NCBI GenBank assembly: GCA_050084985.1
Contig: JBITNC010000001.1
Coordinates: 141,918,001-141,982,000 of the forward strand
Direction of reading: 5' to 3'
Source: Nageia nagi
Taxonomy: Eukaryota > Plantae > Pinophyta
DNA length: 64,000 nucleotides
Below the pieces are notes generated by a model. That model was given only the letters and a program-made list of their open reading frames with translations. It was not told where the DNA came from and did no database searches. Shown here piece by piece: positions 26,155-38,692 of this stretch; the first letter of the stretch is position 1, and each line of letters starts with the position of its first letter. Both the position numbers and the translations under genes were made by a program.

Positions 26155-26923
26155 TGCCATCAATCAATGGACCTAGGAGGCTAACATGGGATCTTGGGAT
26201 GCTTCTATGCCCAACGTCTATGTTCTAGGTCATCTACTTGCATCAAGATTGCCAACACCTAGTTTGAAGTTCTAGGTCCATCCTTGGAGCTCCAAATTTC
26301 CTCATTGTTGTTTCAATCACCTAGGGGATGCTCTATCTTGAATAGGGGAGCACTAATGACTAGAGATGCATTTAATTATTACAATAATCAAGGCTAAATA
26401 TACAATGCCTCATTAAAAGAGAATAATATTGAATTTACAATTATAATTATCATAGTATTCCAAATATAATATTATTGGAATTTTATTAATTAACTAAATT
26501 ACTCGTATCATGCTAAAGTAGGCCCAACATCCCATAATTAAAGAAATTAACTAATCTCCAAGTGGAACTTACAATAAAGGTTTATTACAATGAAATGCTC
26601 TTAACTATAAAATAATCCTAAGTTAACCATGTAATCATTACACATCCCTAAAGTTAGGACATGATCTTTTCAAGAGTAAAATGGAAAGAGAATTTTGGAT
26701 TCCTGCACATGCACACAACATGAGTAGAATGGTATAATAGGTGAACTTCAAAGTGCTATAACTTCCTCATTTCATTACCAAAATAGGCATGTAACTTGTC
26801 AAAATCAATGGCATGAGGTCCTCTTTCCATTTCTAGTGTTTAAATATCTATTTATGGCTTATAGAAGACACAATATTCTCAAAAATAAAAATGAATGAAA
26901 CCTTAAAAATTGGGGACATTATA
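26155..26923 (-). repeat. Truncated 5' LTR of E3
   Basis: Matches about 22155-22934. The remainder of the LTR and the PBS are deleted. Confidence 0.85.
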
Positions 26924-27819
26924 GTTTTGTAATAAAGGATTTTTAGATAACATTATTCATTTGTGATAGTATGGAGCCAATTTTTTTATATTATAAGTAG
27001 TTTAATTTTCTAGAATAACAAGAGACTATCTTCATAATTCCAAGAGGCTTTATTCATACTTAAGAAGAATCATCTTAAAACATTTTTACAACGTTTGGAT
27101 AACTCCTTTAAAACAAACACAATTGAATCATTCTTTAATTTTAAAACCATTTTATCATCCTAATGATAATATAATACATGTCTATTTTATAGTATAGTAA
27201 AGACTATTATTGCATCACTATTCCATGAAGTTTTAAGTTTTAACTACTTCACAAAGTTTATTCCTACCATTCGTTGAGAAAGAGAATTATTTAAAATGGA
27301 TCATATTTATGAGTAGTACATATAATTAACACATTCAAACTTACTCTTCCTCACATGTTTTTATTTTATAGAATTGTATTGGTAAGAAAAATTTAAGATA
27401 ATGTAAAGTTTATCCATAGCCATATTGATATTCACAATGAGAATGAGAGAATATGAAATTCAGTAAATATACTTTATTTTACAAAATAACCTTAAAGAAT
27501 GTATGTCAAGTGGTATGCATTATGTAGAAACCATAGTTTACAAATTTGGTGAATGTTCACCAAATTCATTGAATTTTCCTTGCAATTGCATTTTCCTCAA
27601 AAAAATACTATCAATTTTTTCTTATGTCAAATTCACAAAAAAAATCCAAAATTCATCAAGTTGATTGGTCAAACTATGAAATATGGCCAAGAAAATATTT
27701 GACAAAACAAATCATAAATACAACAAAAAATGCTAAATTTGCCATGAATTTATGGCATGATAATAGTAAAAATTTTTTTCTTAATGACCTCTATCATATT
27801 TGCCAAATTTTTGGTTAGC

Positions 27820-28682
27820 ATAAACAAACTCTTGGAATGAAAATCACTAAAGATAAATAAAACAATATGCTAAAGTTAACTCAAGAATATTATATTGAAA
27901 AGGTACTAAAACATTTTAATATCAAAGATGTAAAACCTATTACTACACCATTGGAAAAATATTTTAAACTCATTAAATGTTTATATCCTAATACAAAATA
28001 GGAACAAGAGTATATGACTAATGTTACTTACGATTCAATACTTGGGAGTTTAATATATATGATGGTTTGCACTAGACTAGATATAGCATAGGCAGTTAGA
28101 CTTGTAAGAAAATTTATGAAAAATCTAGGAAAGGGACATTACAAAGAAATTAAGTGGATTTTAAGGTATTTTAGGGGCACTTAGTAGTATTTGTCATATT
28201 TTGTAGGTTATAACATTTATTTTAAAGGTTATGTTGATTAATATATGATAAGTGATCTTCATGGTGAAAGAAGCACTATAGGTTATGTCTTTACCATTGG
28301 TGGTCTTATGGTTAGTTGGATATCTAAGCTCCAACAAGTTGTAGTTATCTCAACCATTGAAGCTAAATATATTACTTCTATAGAAGCTAGCAAGGAGCTA
28401 ATTTGGTTTCAAATATTGTTTAAGGAATTGGATGAGAAGCAAGAACATGGAAAGTTATAACGTGATATTCAAAGTCTTATCCATTTTGTAAAGAACTTAT
28501 CCTTTCATTTGAGAACCAAACACATTCAACTTAGGTACCACTTCATTAAATTATCATTGGAGGATGGTTCAATGAAGTTGGAGAAGATTCATACATCTCA
28601 AAATATTTCATACATGTTCACTAAAGTTATCACAAAGAAGAATATGGGCTTTCTCTCAACATTGGTTGGCCTTAAGGAGTAA
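27820..28682 (+). pseudogene. Ty1/copia RT C-terminus and RNase H (5'-truncated element)
   Basis: LGMKI..LTQEYYIEKVL..GSLIYMMVCTRLDIA..KWILRY..RSTIGYVFT..VSWISKLQQVV.ISTIEAKY..RTKHIQLRYHFI..MFTK. Confidence 0.93.
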
Positions 28683-28753
28683 AGGTCAAAATGAGAAGCT
28701 TTCAACAATTTACTAAAGTGTGATGTCATGGATTCAATATCCAAGTAGGACAT

Positions 28754-29485
28754 TCTTGAGTATGGAGCCTAATTCATAGGCTAGGTTTGAATTTCTTACA
28801 CTTTATTTCTAATTGGTTATCATAGGGTAAATTCTAAAGCATTGGTATATTGATAAGGTAATTAATAGGCTAATTAATGAAGGGGTATTTTGATCGTTAA
28901 AATATCATTCAATATATAGGAATCCAATCATGGGGTCAAGATTGGTCTAATGCATATCGATTAGAAAATGCAATGTTAAACTCCATTTTAAGTAATCAAA
29001 ATCAAATCTCTTAAAGTATTAGTTTTATGGATAGGAGTTATAGTCATGTTGGAACATTATCCCATGGATTCCTTGATCATTATAGGTTCAAATTGGAATG
29101 CTATCTCTCCAATAAATTAAGGAGCTTGAATTAAGATTGTAATATATAGTTTTAATGTGTAGTTTTGGGCTTGTAGTGTGTGATTTGATGTTGCTCTTAT
29201 GTTGACAATTTGAGATATTTATGGATATGTATTGCTTATACAAAAAAGAAAGATTTTATAGCAAGCTTATGTTGTTGGTATGTTTCTTAGAGTACTTGGA
29301 ATATTGATGCAATACAAGGGCTGAAACTTCTCCATAGATGTAGCCCACTTTGGGTGAACCTTATTAATCTCTTGCTTTTCTTATTTGTGTGATTTCATAC
29401 TATTTTTTTTTATTTATCTTGTTTATTTTTTTGGATTAGGAGGACTAATTGTCTAAAATTTTATTGAAAATACTTGAACCTAATA
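28754..29485 (+). repeat. Probable 3' LTR of the copia element
   Basis: Follows a decayed PPT (CCAAGTAGGACAT, 28741-28753). Decayed TGTTG...CCTAACA-like termini. No partner LTR in the window. Confidence 0.55.
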
Positions 29486-30199
29486 CATATGGGTTCTCCT
29501 ATTATCCCTAACCAAGGATTATGAGAGACCTTATATACTTACGTATTTTTTATTTTAACATCATCATTATTTTCTTCAATAGATATTAAATAAAAAGATG
29601 ATATTTGAGTTCATTATTTTTATAATAAGGACTTTAAAAATATTCCTTTAGATGATTAATTCTTACCCTAAAAATATATTTTTTAGGTACTATTTCTCAA
29701 ATATATGAGAATATAAAATAACTTCTTTACAAAATTATTTAGTTGATAATGTGAGATAAATATTTTAACATAGGTTATATATGTTCAAACTTTTATATAA
29801 TATAAAGATTCATAATCTTCCAAATGAATTAAATTTAAACCAATTGTTTTTAATTTTTGACCTTTGTGTGAACCTTAATGAGATGGTACATGATATAAAA
29901 ATTATTGATATGTAATACATTTTTTATGTTTAAAAGTGAAGGAATTTATAAAGACCCTAAAACCTTCCAAAATATTCATGAAAGATTTTAAAAGAGACCA
30001 CAAAGATACATAAAAGTTCATAAAAGATCCCCTATACTACCTAATACAACTTAATCAGCCAAACTCCATCCAAATCTAGGTTTTGATACAATGTAGCCTA
30101 CAAACTAGATTTAATATATTATAACCAAATATAACTTTTATTCTATTAGGGGAATTCCCTCCCCTTCTATTCTATGTAGAATCTTCAAATAACTATTTA

Positions 30200-31590
30200 T
30201 GGGGCTAATATACGCCCATGTTGCTCCAAAGTTTTTTGCAATCTATTTTCTATAACTTCCAAGGTCTTCTTATCTAAGCTTTGTTTATTTTTTGGTCTTC
30301 TTGATGAGTTTTTGCCTATGTTAGGAATATTCCTTTGGATGGTGATTTTATTTCTAGAAGTAGGCCTTCTTCAAATTGATCCATTGCAAAAATGTTCTCT
30401 TCTTAATCCTTTTAATATATCTTTCATTTCCTTTCTTATTCATTATGAGTTTTGTAAGAAATAATATCCATACATGTTGCTTCTGAACTTGGGTTTTCCT
30501 CATCATGAATTTCCTCGATTATTAGTTATCATATTCCTTGGTCCTCCTCCTCAATATATCTTAGCATAATCAATGAATTTCCATTTTTTATTTTTTCTTG
30601 TATTTGGTTATAGTTTCTAGTTGTTGATGCTCTATTTTGGCATCATTTAATTTTTTTCAACCTACCTTCAAATTATCTCTATGCTATTATGTGATTTCTC
30701 TTTTCTTCATTATTCATCACTTTTTTCTCCAAACATTTTCCTATAAATGATAAAAAAATTTGTAGATATTTATTTAATTTATAGGTTTTCATAAATAAGT
30801 TTTTTCTTCCATAAACCTCCCTTCTCTTTATCCATTTTTTTTGATTTTTTAGCTTCTTTGTTATGTAAATATTTACACAAAATCTAAAATCCATAATTAT
30901 CTTCTCCTATTGGATGTCTCTATCAATAATGATTAAAGATCCAATAGTTTTTATGATTTTTTAAAGGATGTTAATATTCTAGTATTTAGATGGTCGGCTT
31001 GGAATACTAACCCATATAGGAATTAAGTTAGTGTTCTCTACTTTAAGATGTAATCTCTAGTGCTAGTGGTTTAAAATCAACCCTTTCCTAACCAAGAACC
31101 ATGGCCCTAGTTCAAGAACTTTATTAAGATCCTCTTCTTATTTGAGTTTGAATAACATGAATTCTTCCTTTAAATAGTAATATGAAAATCTTTAACCCAA
31201 TAAATTATCATTCATTTTTCAATAGTCCACCTTCGAATTTCATCCAAGTTAGGATGAATTCTAATGAATCTCCAAATTAAAGTATTTTTCCCTCTATTTT
31301 ACTCAAAATTTATGATTTCCTTCATAATTGTGATTCAAGTGTTGTTTTCAATGACGTTGGTTTCAAGTTCAACTTTAATATGTTTTGTAGGGTTTTCCCT
31401 AATGAAAACATTCACCAATGAACATGGTGTATTTAAATCAAACCTTTTTTGGCTTTATTCATTATAGTACTACTATAATTTTATTTATTTTTAAAGTGTT
31501 TTTGTTTAATTTCAACTTCTAGACTACTTTGTTACAACTTCTTTTATTAATATAGTCTATAATATGCTAACTCGACAAACCCTAATCCAT
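30200..31590 (-). pseudogene. L1-clade LINE ORF1 remnant (DUF4283/RRM-like)
   Basis: PNLDEIRRW...EEDLNKVLELGPWFLVRKGLIL...IPIWVSIP...KTIGSLIIID...RFCVNI, the typical plant L1 ORF1 motif order. Confidence 0.75.
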
Positions 31591-32417
31591 TTTGTTGCAA
31601 CTTCACTATTCCTATAATTCATGTGCATAAAATTTAGGGTAAATTCATCACACATATATAGTTGGTGGTGTCAACAAATGTTGATAAAATATCTTGATAC
31701 ATATAATCCATCTAAAGTCCTAAAATTATTATTAATTTTTTTAGGAAAATGGATTATCTTCATGCTTCCACCCTTTTACACCTTTTGAAGAATACAAAAT
31801 GCAAATAAGGTATCTTCACAAATGTACAACAATAATTATTTATATAATTCTAAAATATTTTTATAAACATACAAAAGAATCTCATGTTTTATTAAAATAT
31901 AAGGGTTTTCTAGAAATCCTAATTTTTGACCAAAAGCTACAACATCAATTAAGTTAAATTTAAATAATATAATTTAAAAATTTAAACTAATGAATAGCTT
32001 AAAAATTTAAGATTTAAATATTAAATAATTAAAAAAGAATCCTATTATATGTAGATATTTGAAATTTTCATTTCATAAATAATTTTAAATTATCACATAA
32101 TGTTTAAGGTATCAATTTAAATAATAATAATGATCATATTTTGAACCATATTTTTCATTAGTGCTTATATATTATTATTCATGATCTATTATTTTTTAAT
32201 ATATTCTTGGAATAGTATTTTGATCCTTCATATAGATTTCCAAGGGTTGGTGACACTCTTAAAACATATCCCTTAAGTAAATAATCCAAGTGGAATCTAT
32301 TAGACCTTAAATTTAGATTATAGATTGGCTTAGCTTTATAATCAAATATGGCCCCTTGACATCATAGATTAGATTTGATCTCTAAAATCATATGAATATT
32401 CTAAATTATATTATATA

Positions 32418-32446
32418 TGTGTGTGTATGTGTGTGTGTGTGTGTGT
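32418..32446. repeat. (TG)n microsatellite
   Basis: Near-perfect TG dinucleotide run. Confidence 0.9.
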
Positions 32447-33739
32447 ATAAAGTTACTAGGTGTTTTTCTATCATTACAAATAAAGTATAAAAGTTTAGAA
32501 ATCCTCTATTTGTAAGGCTTAATGTTCTTCATATGAAATCATGAGCTTTTTTATATATAACTATGATGTACTTAGTGAAGATGGCTATTTATGTTTAGAT
32601 AATCTTGAAGGAACTTACATGTATTATTTTATGATTAGGGTTATGATATACAACCTTATAGTTTAGAGTCTCAACTCATATGACTATCACCTTGTGGTGA
32701 TGTAATATATTAGTTTGAGGATATTTTAGATGATTAAAATTAACCCTAATGTGTGAAAAATTATGTATAATCAACCTACTTAATATATAGAAGATTAATA
32801 TTTAAATGAACTTATGTATCCTACAAAATGAATATACATAGATAATATATAATAATCTAAAATATTCATAAATATAAATCAATAATAACAATATGTAGAA
32901 TATTGGATGAAATTCACAACCTTTGAGTGAGGGATCATGATAAATAATTGTTACCTTACTTGGACAATCATTTGTATGCTAAGACTTTTCCTATCATTAG
33001 GGTCAACCTTAGAGAGAAAGACTCAATATAAAGGTTGGATCTATAGAGTAATCAAAATTTATATGGTGGTACAAACACCATTGGTATCATGGATACTATG
33101 ATCCCTATGAGTTATCATTGGTAATATAAATTACTTATAGCAAATATAATATGATAACCTACTAATCTAGCATATGCTGAAAGATGAATAGTAGAATTCT
33201 CATGTGAAAACATATCTCAATATTGATAGATAGTGTCAAGAGATATATTATAATTTTTAGTATTTGAGTGTGATTATTACAATGGGATTTTTATAATCTT
33301 TTCATGTTACCTTACATGCTTTTATATGTGACATAACCACCATAATGCATGCCTACAAGAGAGCATTGATGCTAGGATTCTTACATATAGAAAGAGAAAC
33401 AATATGAGAAGAGAACATAAGTTGGCTTAAGTAATAATAATATGAGATATAAAATTAAAATAGAACATATCAGTAATCAAGTAATATGATATTTGATTTA
33501 TGATATTAGATATATAAATTAACTATGAAGAGATGCCCTTGGAAGTTTAAAGAAATGAAATATAATTATTCTAAAAAATGAAATAAAGTATAGAAAAATA
33601 TTCCATTTTTGAGTAATCTTATGCCCCCTCTTTGCATTGAATATGGTAGAAGTAGGGTAAAATAAAGAATTTGATTCCACATAAAGTGGAAGTTTTACCA
33701 CTTGAAATTTTTTTGAAGCCAATGTAATCCTAATACATA

Positions 33740-33888
33740 AAACATGAGATCCAATATTGCTTTGGAATCTCAAGCCAAAAAGTAAAATAAGATCCCATTT
33801 TTTAAATAATAGCATCCCATTTAGGCTTAATATCCCAACCTTAATGGGATCTCATTATTAAAACGAGATCCCATTTCATAAAACTATA
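33740..33888. repeat. Cluster of GAGATCCCA(TT) motifs, possible DNA-transposon subterminal region
   Basis: About six ATCCCA/TGGGAT copies in both orientations, ending in AAAACTATA. Confidence 0.35.
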
Positions 33889-35660
33889 CATGTTATGAGA
33901 AAAACCATGCAACCTCATTCTCTCCTTGAAATATATTAACCTAATGGTGATAATGACTGTGGAAATTAGGAACCCTCTTTGTGATACCTCCTCACCTTCT
34001 CAATAATCATATTCAACCTCCATTATTATAAGTAGGATCTATCCTCTTTTTTTTTGCTTTTTTAAATTGAAAATGAAATTTTCTTCTTGAAATTGGGTTA
34101 ATTAGGTTTTTTCAGAGTTTTCATGTACCAAATAAGATTTTTTACATAATCAAAATTTGTATTTGTAATTATAACTTTATGCATAAGTCAATCCATAAAT
34201 TATTAAACCAAGATAACCAAAATAACTTGACTCATAAAATCTTACACTAAGAAAACCAAAACAAGTTTGATGATTTTATTATACAACTTAATTATGTGAG
34301 ACATAATCATTCAAATTATTAATTGATATATATTTATTTTTTGATAAAATTTGATAGGTTCTACAACCAATGGGTTTGAAAGAACATTAAAATACTTATC
34401 CCAAATAGTTTTTTTTAAGTGTTATTACTATTCTAACCTTGCAACTCTTACTTGATAGTGTTACTTTTTATGCATGCTAATAATTAACATATATTATAGT
34501 GGATGGAGTATTAGACATGTGCCTTTAGAATTATAATATATCCTACAATTTTAACTATTAAAATACTAATATATATTATATCTAACCAATAACCTCTAGG
34601 AGGTGTAACACAAAATAGAATTTGAACTAATATGCAAATCCCAAACCATGATGATTCCTTATAAATACTTCCTATAAAATTCTTCTCATGCTAATATTAA
34701 TCTAAATCATACTCATAATGAATATTAGGTTTATATAGAAATGTAATTATTTAAAATTTAGTTCCAAACATAGTTTTAATATAATATGAGATCCCTCCCA
34801 TGGTTGTAATACCCATCCAATTCATCATTTGCATTATTTTTATCAATCAATGATATAAGCTAGATATTCTTATATAAAGAAACTTATGTGATATTTAGAT
34901 AACAAAAAGATATAGCCACATCATAAATATGCTTATTTACTTATGTTATTCAATACATATGTAATGAATAATCAAAACTATGAGTTATATATACAATCAC
35001 TTTTAATTTAATAATAAGAAGTTCTAGGTTGTATGGGTATATTGAGTCTAAATCTTCTATACTTTAGTTTCATCTATCTTGTTCCTTTAAAAAACTTATA
35101 TTATCAGGTAATAAGACTCCTCATTTCTTTAGTTTTATATTCTCTTACCCTTAACTCTTGACCAATATAATAACCAACAAATAGATGGTTGTAGGGATGA
35201 ATGAATAATCATTCTTGGGTTATTTCTATAACACCTTTTTTTATGCATTCAATTCCTATTTTCAATCTTAATATTTTTGGATTAAACACTATACCTACAT
35301 ACTAGTTTTCATCGCCAAATATATCACAAATGGGATAAATAGGGCCATTATTTAACATACATGAATATAGGGATGTTACTTCTTAATGGAACAAAATATT
35401 TGAGAAAATTATAAAACTTTTTTCCTTTTAAACCTAAACATATAAATTTTAAAATTTATCTAAGTTTCCTATATCAATTAGTTGGTACAATTTGAATATA
35501 ATTATATGCTAAAAATTTATCTGTAGGATACAAAAGTACACATCAAAGTTATGCCCAATATAACTTGTATGACTAAAAATCATTAGGGATCTAAACCCAA
35601 TATATCTTGTATCACCAAGAAAATATATTAGTGTGTTTCTTAAACAAAGGAAAGAATTGA

Positions 35661-35720
35661 CCTTAATCCCCCTTAATTCTCCTTAATTCCCCTTATGTAC
35701 CCTTAAGCCCCCATAAAATC
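35661..35720. repeat. 10-bp tandem repeat (CCTTAATYCC)
   Basis: Six consecutive degenerate 10-mers. Confidence 0.75.
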
Positions 35721-35945
35721 TTATCATAGATATTGATAAATTTTTTAAAATAATTAAGATATATATTATGTTGAAATAATTTAATATTGGAAAATTATTT
35801 TTTATGTGAACCTTAGAGATTGAGTGTTATTTTAAGTTTCATTTAACTTTAATTTAATTTTTTTATATTCACTAAATTGTTAAGACCTAGATTTAAATTT
35901 ATGTAAATTTATTCTTCTAATTATTAACATGTAGGTGACCTTTTC

Positions 35946-37076
35946 TGTAACACTCCACCTATTCCCAACTTCATCAAAATCCTAAAATTTAGACCTATTT
36001 TTTATTTAATTTAAAACACTAAAATAATTTAGGAATGGACAAGGAGATCCACATAAGCATGTCAATATTGCTAGCTAGTCAGCACCCACATGGAAATATT
36101 GGCCAAATTTAGATTAACCAATCATGATCAAAACTTTTGGTGTTCACTTCACAATGCTCACCCTGTTGGAAGGCACCACACATATGACCCCACCATTTCC
36201 ATCCACAAACTATGAAATGTATAATTTGTTCATGAAGCTATGATTTTCTACTTAGGACCCATATTACCCAAGAGAATGCTCATCCACAAGGTTATACATC
36301 TTAACCCAATGAATAACCCTTTGAATCATATGAGTAGATAGATTTTCCTAAGCAAGCTTCCATATGTAACAGGTATAGTGTCATATCCTATGGAATAATC
36401 ATCATCCTCCTATGTATTTAACCATAGGAGGTATTAATACAAGTTAACCTAACCTTGTAACTATAGTTTTATCAACTACTACCCCTATATGACCACCTAT
36501 CAAGGATATGAAACACTAGCCTACCCATATCTATTAGATAGGCCCACCATATTGACTGGAGTACTTATGCCCATATCTTGGGGAGTCATGGATATTATGA
36601 TAATAACATACTTGAGTGGTTTATTTTTTCTAATCATTTCATTACATAGGTTATAAATTAAAAACCACCTGATACTATCAATAATCATTCCTAGATATAA
36701 TTGGTATCGAACTAATTATTGATGTTCTAAGTTTAACCACCTAAATGTTACAAGCAATGAGGTGTATTACAATCTAATCATTGTAATATGAAAAAACCAC
36801 ATATCATTAAGCATATATATAAAATAAAATGAGATATACAATCATAATAATTAAATGCTACCAGTAATCATTTCAAGTATGCATGAGAAGATAGAATTAA
36901 ATAAAGCTTACACAAGAATCCATAATAGAAAATATGCAACAATGTATCAATTCAATAATCCCTCATGTATGAAAAGAAAAAAGGAATAATAGTTTAAAAT
37001 TACAACACTACTGAGAAGTAATAACAAATCCTTAGAATCTTCTAAAAGTTGCTACTCCTAGAAAGGGAGTGTGACA
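35946..37076 (-). repeat. LTR, probably the 3' LTR of a truncated gypsy element
   Basis: Inverted termini TGTAACACTCC...GGAGTGTGACA. A minus-strand purine tract lies just outside (about 37082-37097). The flanks do not form a TSD. Confidence 0.6.
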
Positions 37077-38692
37077 TAGAGTGCTCCTCACTTAGGGGAC
37101 ATTTTTGATAAGGATTATCTTATCATTCAGAGAATTCACAATAACATTTTTTCTATTCTCTTTAGACATTAGGAGCCATAGCTATTTGATGATCAATATT
37201 TCAAATATTGACTTTGGTTTATTACATCATCCATTAGTATGCTTAACCAATAATTACTATACTTGGTCAAGCCTTCTTATTTGTTCTTTATGATTAACCA
37301 AGGCTTATATTTCCAACATCACTTTTTGGATGTCATAACTGCCATCTAAGTTTCAAATATTTTTTGGTATAATGATCTCCTAGGTAATATTTAAATTTAT
37401 CTAAGGATCATAAAACTTAGCATTCATTAGTATTCAATATTGGTTAAGTTTTATTCCCTAATTCCATATATTTTTAGGCATATTAAACCAAGATGTATTT
37501 ATCACTAGGTTCCATTCATGCTATTAAATATTTGTTACTAGTTTTCCAATATAAACTTGTATCTTTATACATTTGAGCCAATGATAATTCAAATAATAAT
37601 TTTAGTGTATAGTTGGTTTTCTTTTATGATTCTCTAACTTATCTCTTGATACCTCCTTTTTAATTAGAGAATGATTTACTTTGCTTTTCTATTGATCTTA
37701 ATACCTTAACTATAACTATTATTAATTTTAGGATCCTTTTTTTTTAGATCCATAAGTGTTCCTTAAAGATATAAAGAATAATTTTAAAAATAAGTCAATG
37801 ATGAATGATCCCATTTATTTAATAGATTAGGACTTATAATTACATCAAGGCAAGTATAACCCTAATCCTTATTTAGGTCATAAAATAAATCATATTAAAG
37901 TTTTTAAATCCCAAACTAAAATTATTGATATTACATATATATATATATATGAATTAATAAGTACCTCAATATATTATACTTTTTAAAAGTAGCACACAAT
38001 AAGGCTAAATACAAATTATTTCTTCACACTTGAGTTTCCATACTCTTGATAACCATATAATATATTAGGGTTTTCTAATTTTACAAATGGAAATAACCCT
38101 ATATTAAAATTCATCATTATATTTTTTATATATTTTGAGAAGTCTTCAAACATCATTCTTGATCACTTTATGAGTCTTCAAGGCTTGTCATTTTCATCTC
38201 CATGCATACAACCAAGAGAACCAAGACTTGGATATTTAGAATACTAGGATTTGGTTAGGAGTATTTTGAGGATCAAGATAATACTTTTTCTTTGATCTTG
38301 AGATGGTCATAGTCACACTTAAGGACTACCTCTCTTCCTCAATCATGGAATGATTCATAAAAATAATACAAACTTGATTCATAACATCATTATCATTCAT
38401 AATTCTAAAATTCAAATACATATTTCATAATTTTCATATTATTAATGATGAGAATATAAAATATCAAGTTCTTATAAAATTTACATGAATTATTTGAATC
38501 ATAACATAATATTTTATCACTAACATATTCTTATCATAAAAATATGAATAATTTACATCTTTTAGATACAAATCATTATTCATAATATTCTAATGAACGT
38601 TTATACCAAATAATAGTTTTACATTATCCAATAAGATTTATATAAATCAATATTTTTAATTTAAAATAATCCTCTATATTATCATAGTCTAT

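Larger units (their letters stand above)
21115..26923 (-). mobile_element. Non-autonomous LTR element E3 (E2-related LTR and leader) carrying a coiled-coil ORF and no gag/pol
   Basis: TSD GTTTT at 21110-21114 and 26924-26928. Full 3' LTR 21115-22934, truncated 5' LTR about 26155-26923, PPT near 22935-22950. Leader 24800-26150 is homologous to E2 10190-11440. Confidence 0.88.

Noticed and set aside
35946-37076. Solo LTR
   Set aside because: The flanks TTTTC and TAGAG do not match, and a PPT-like tract is adjacent.
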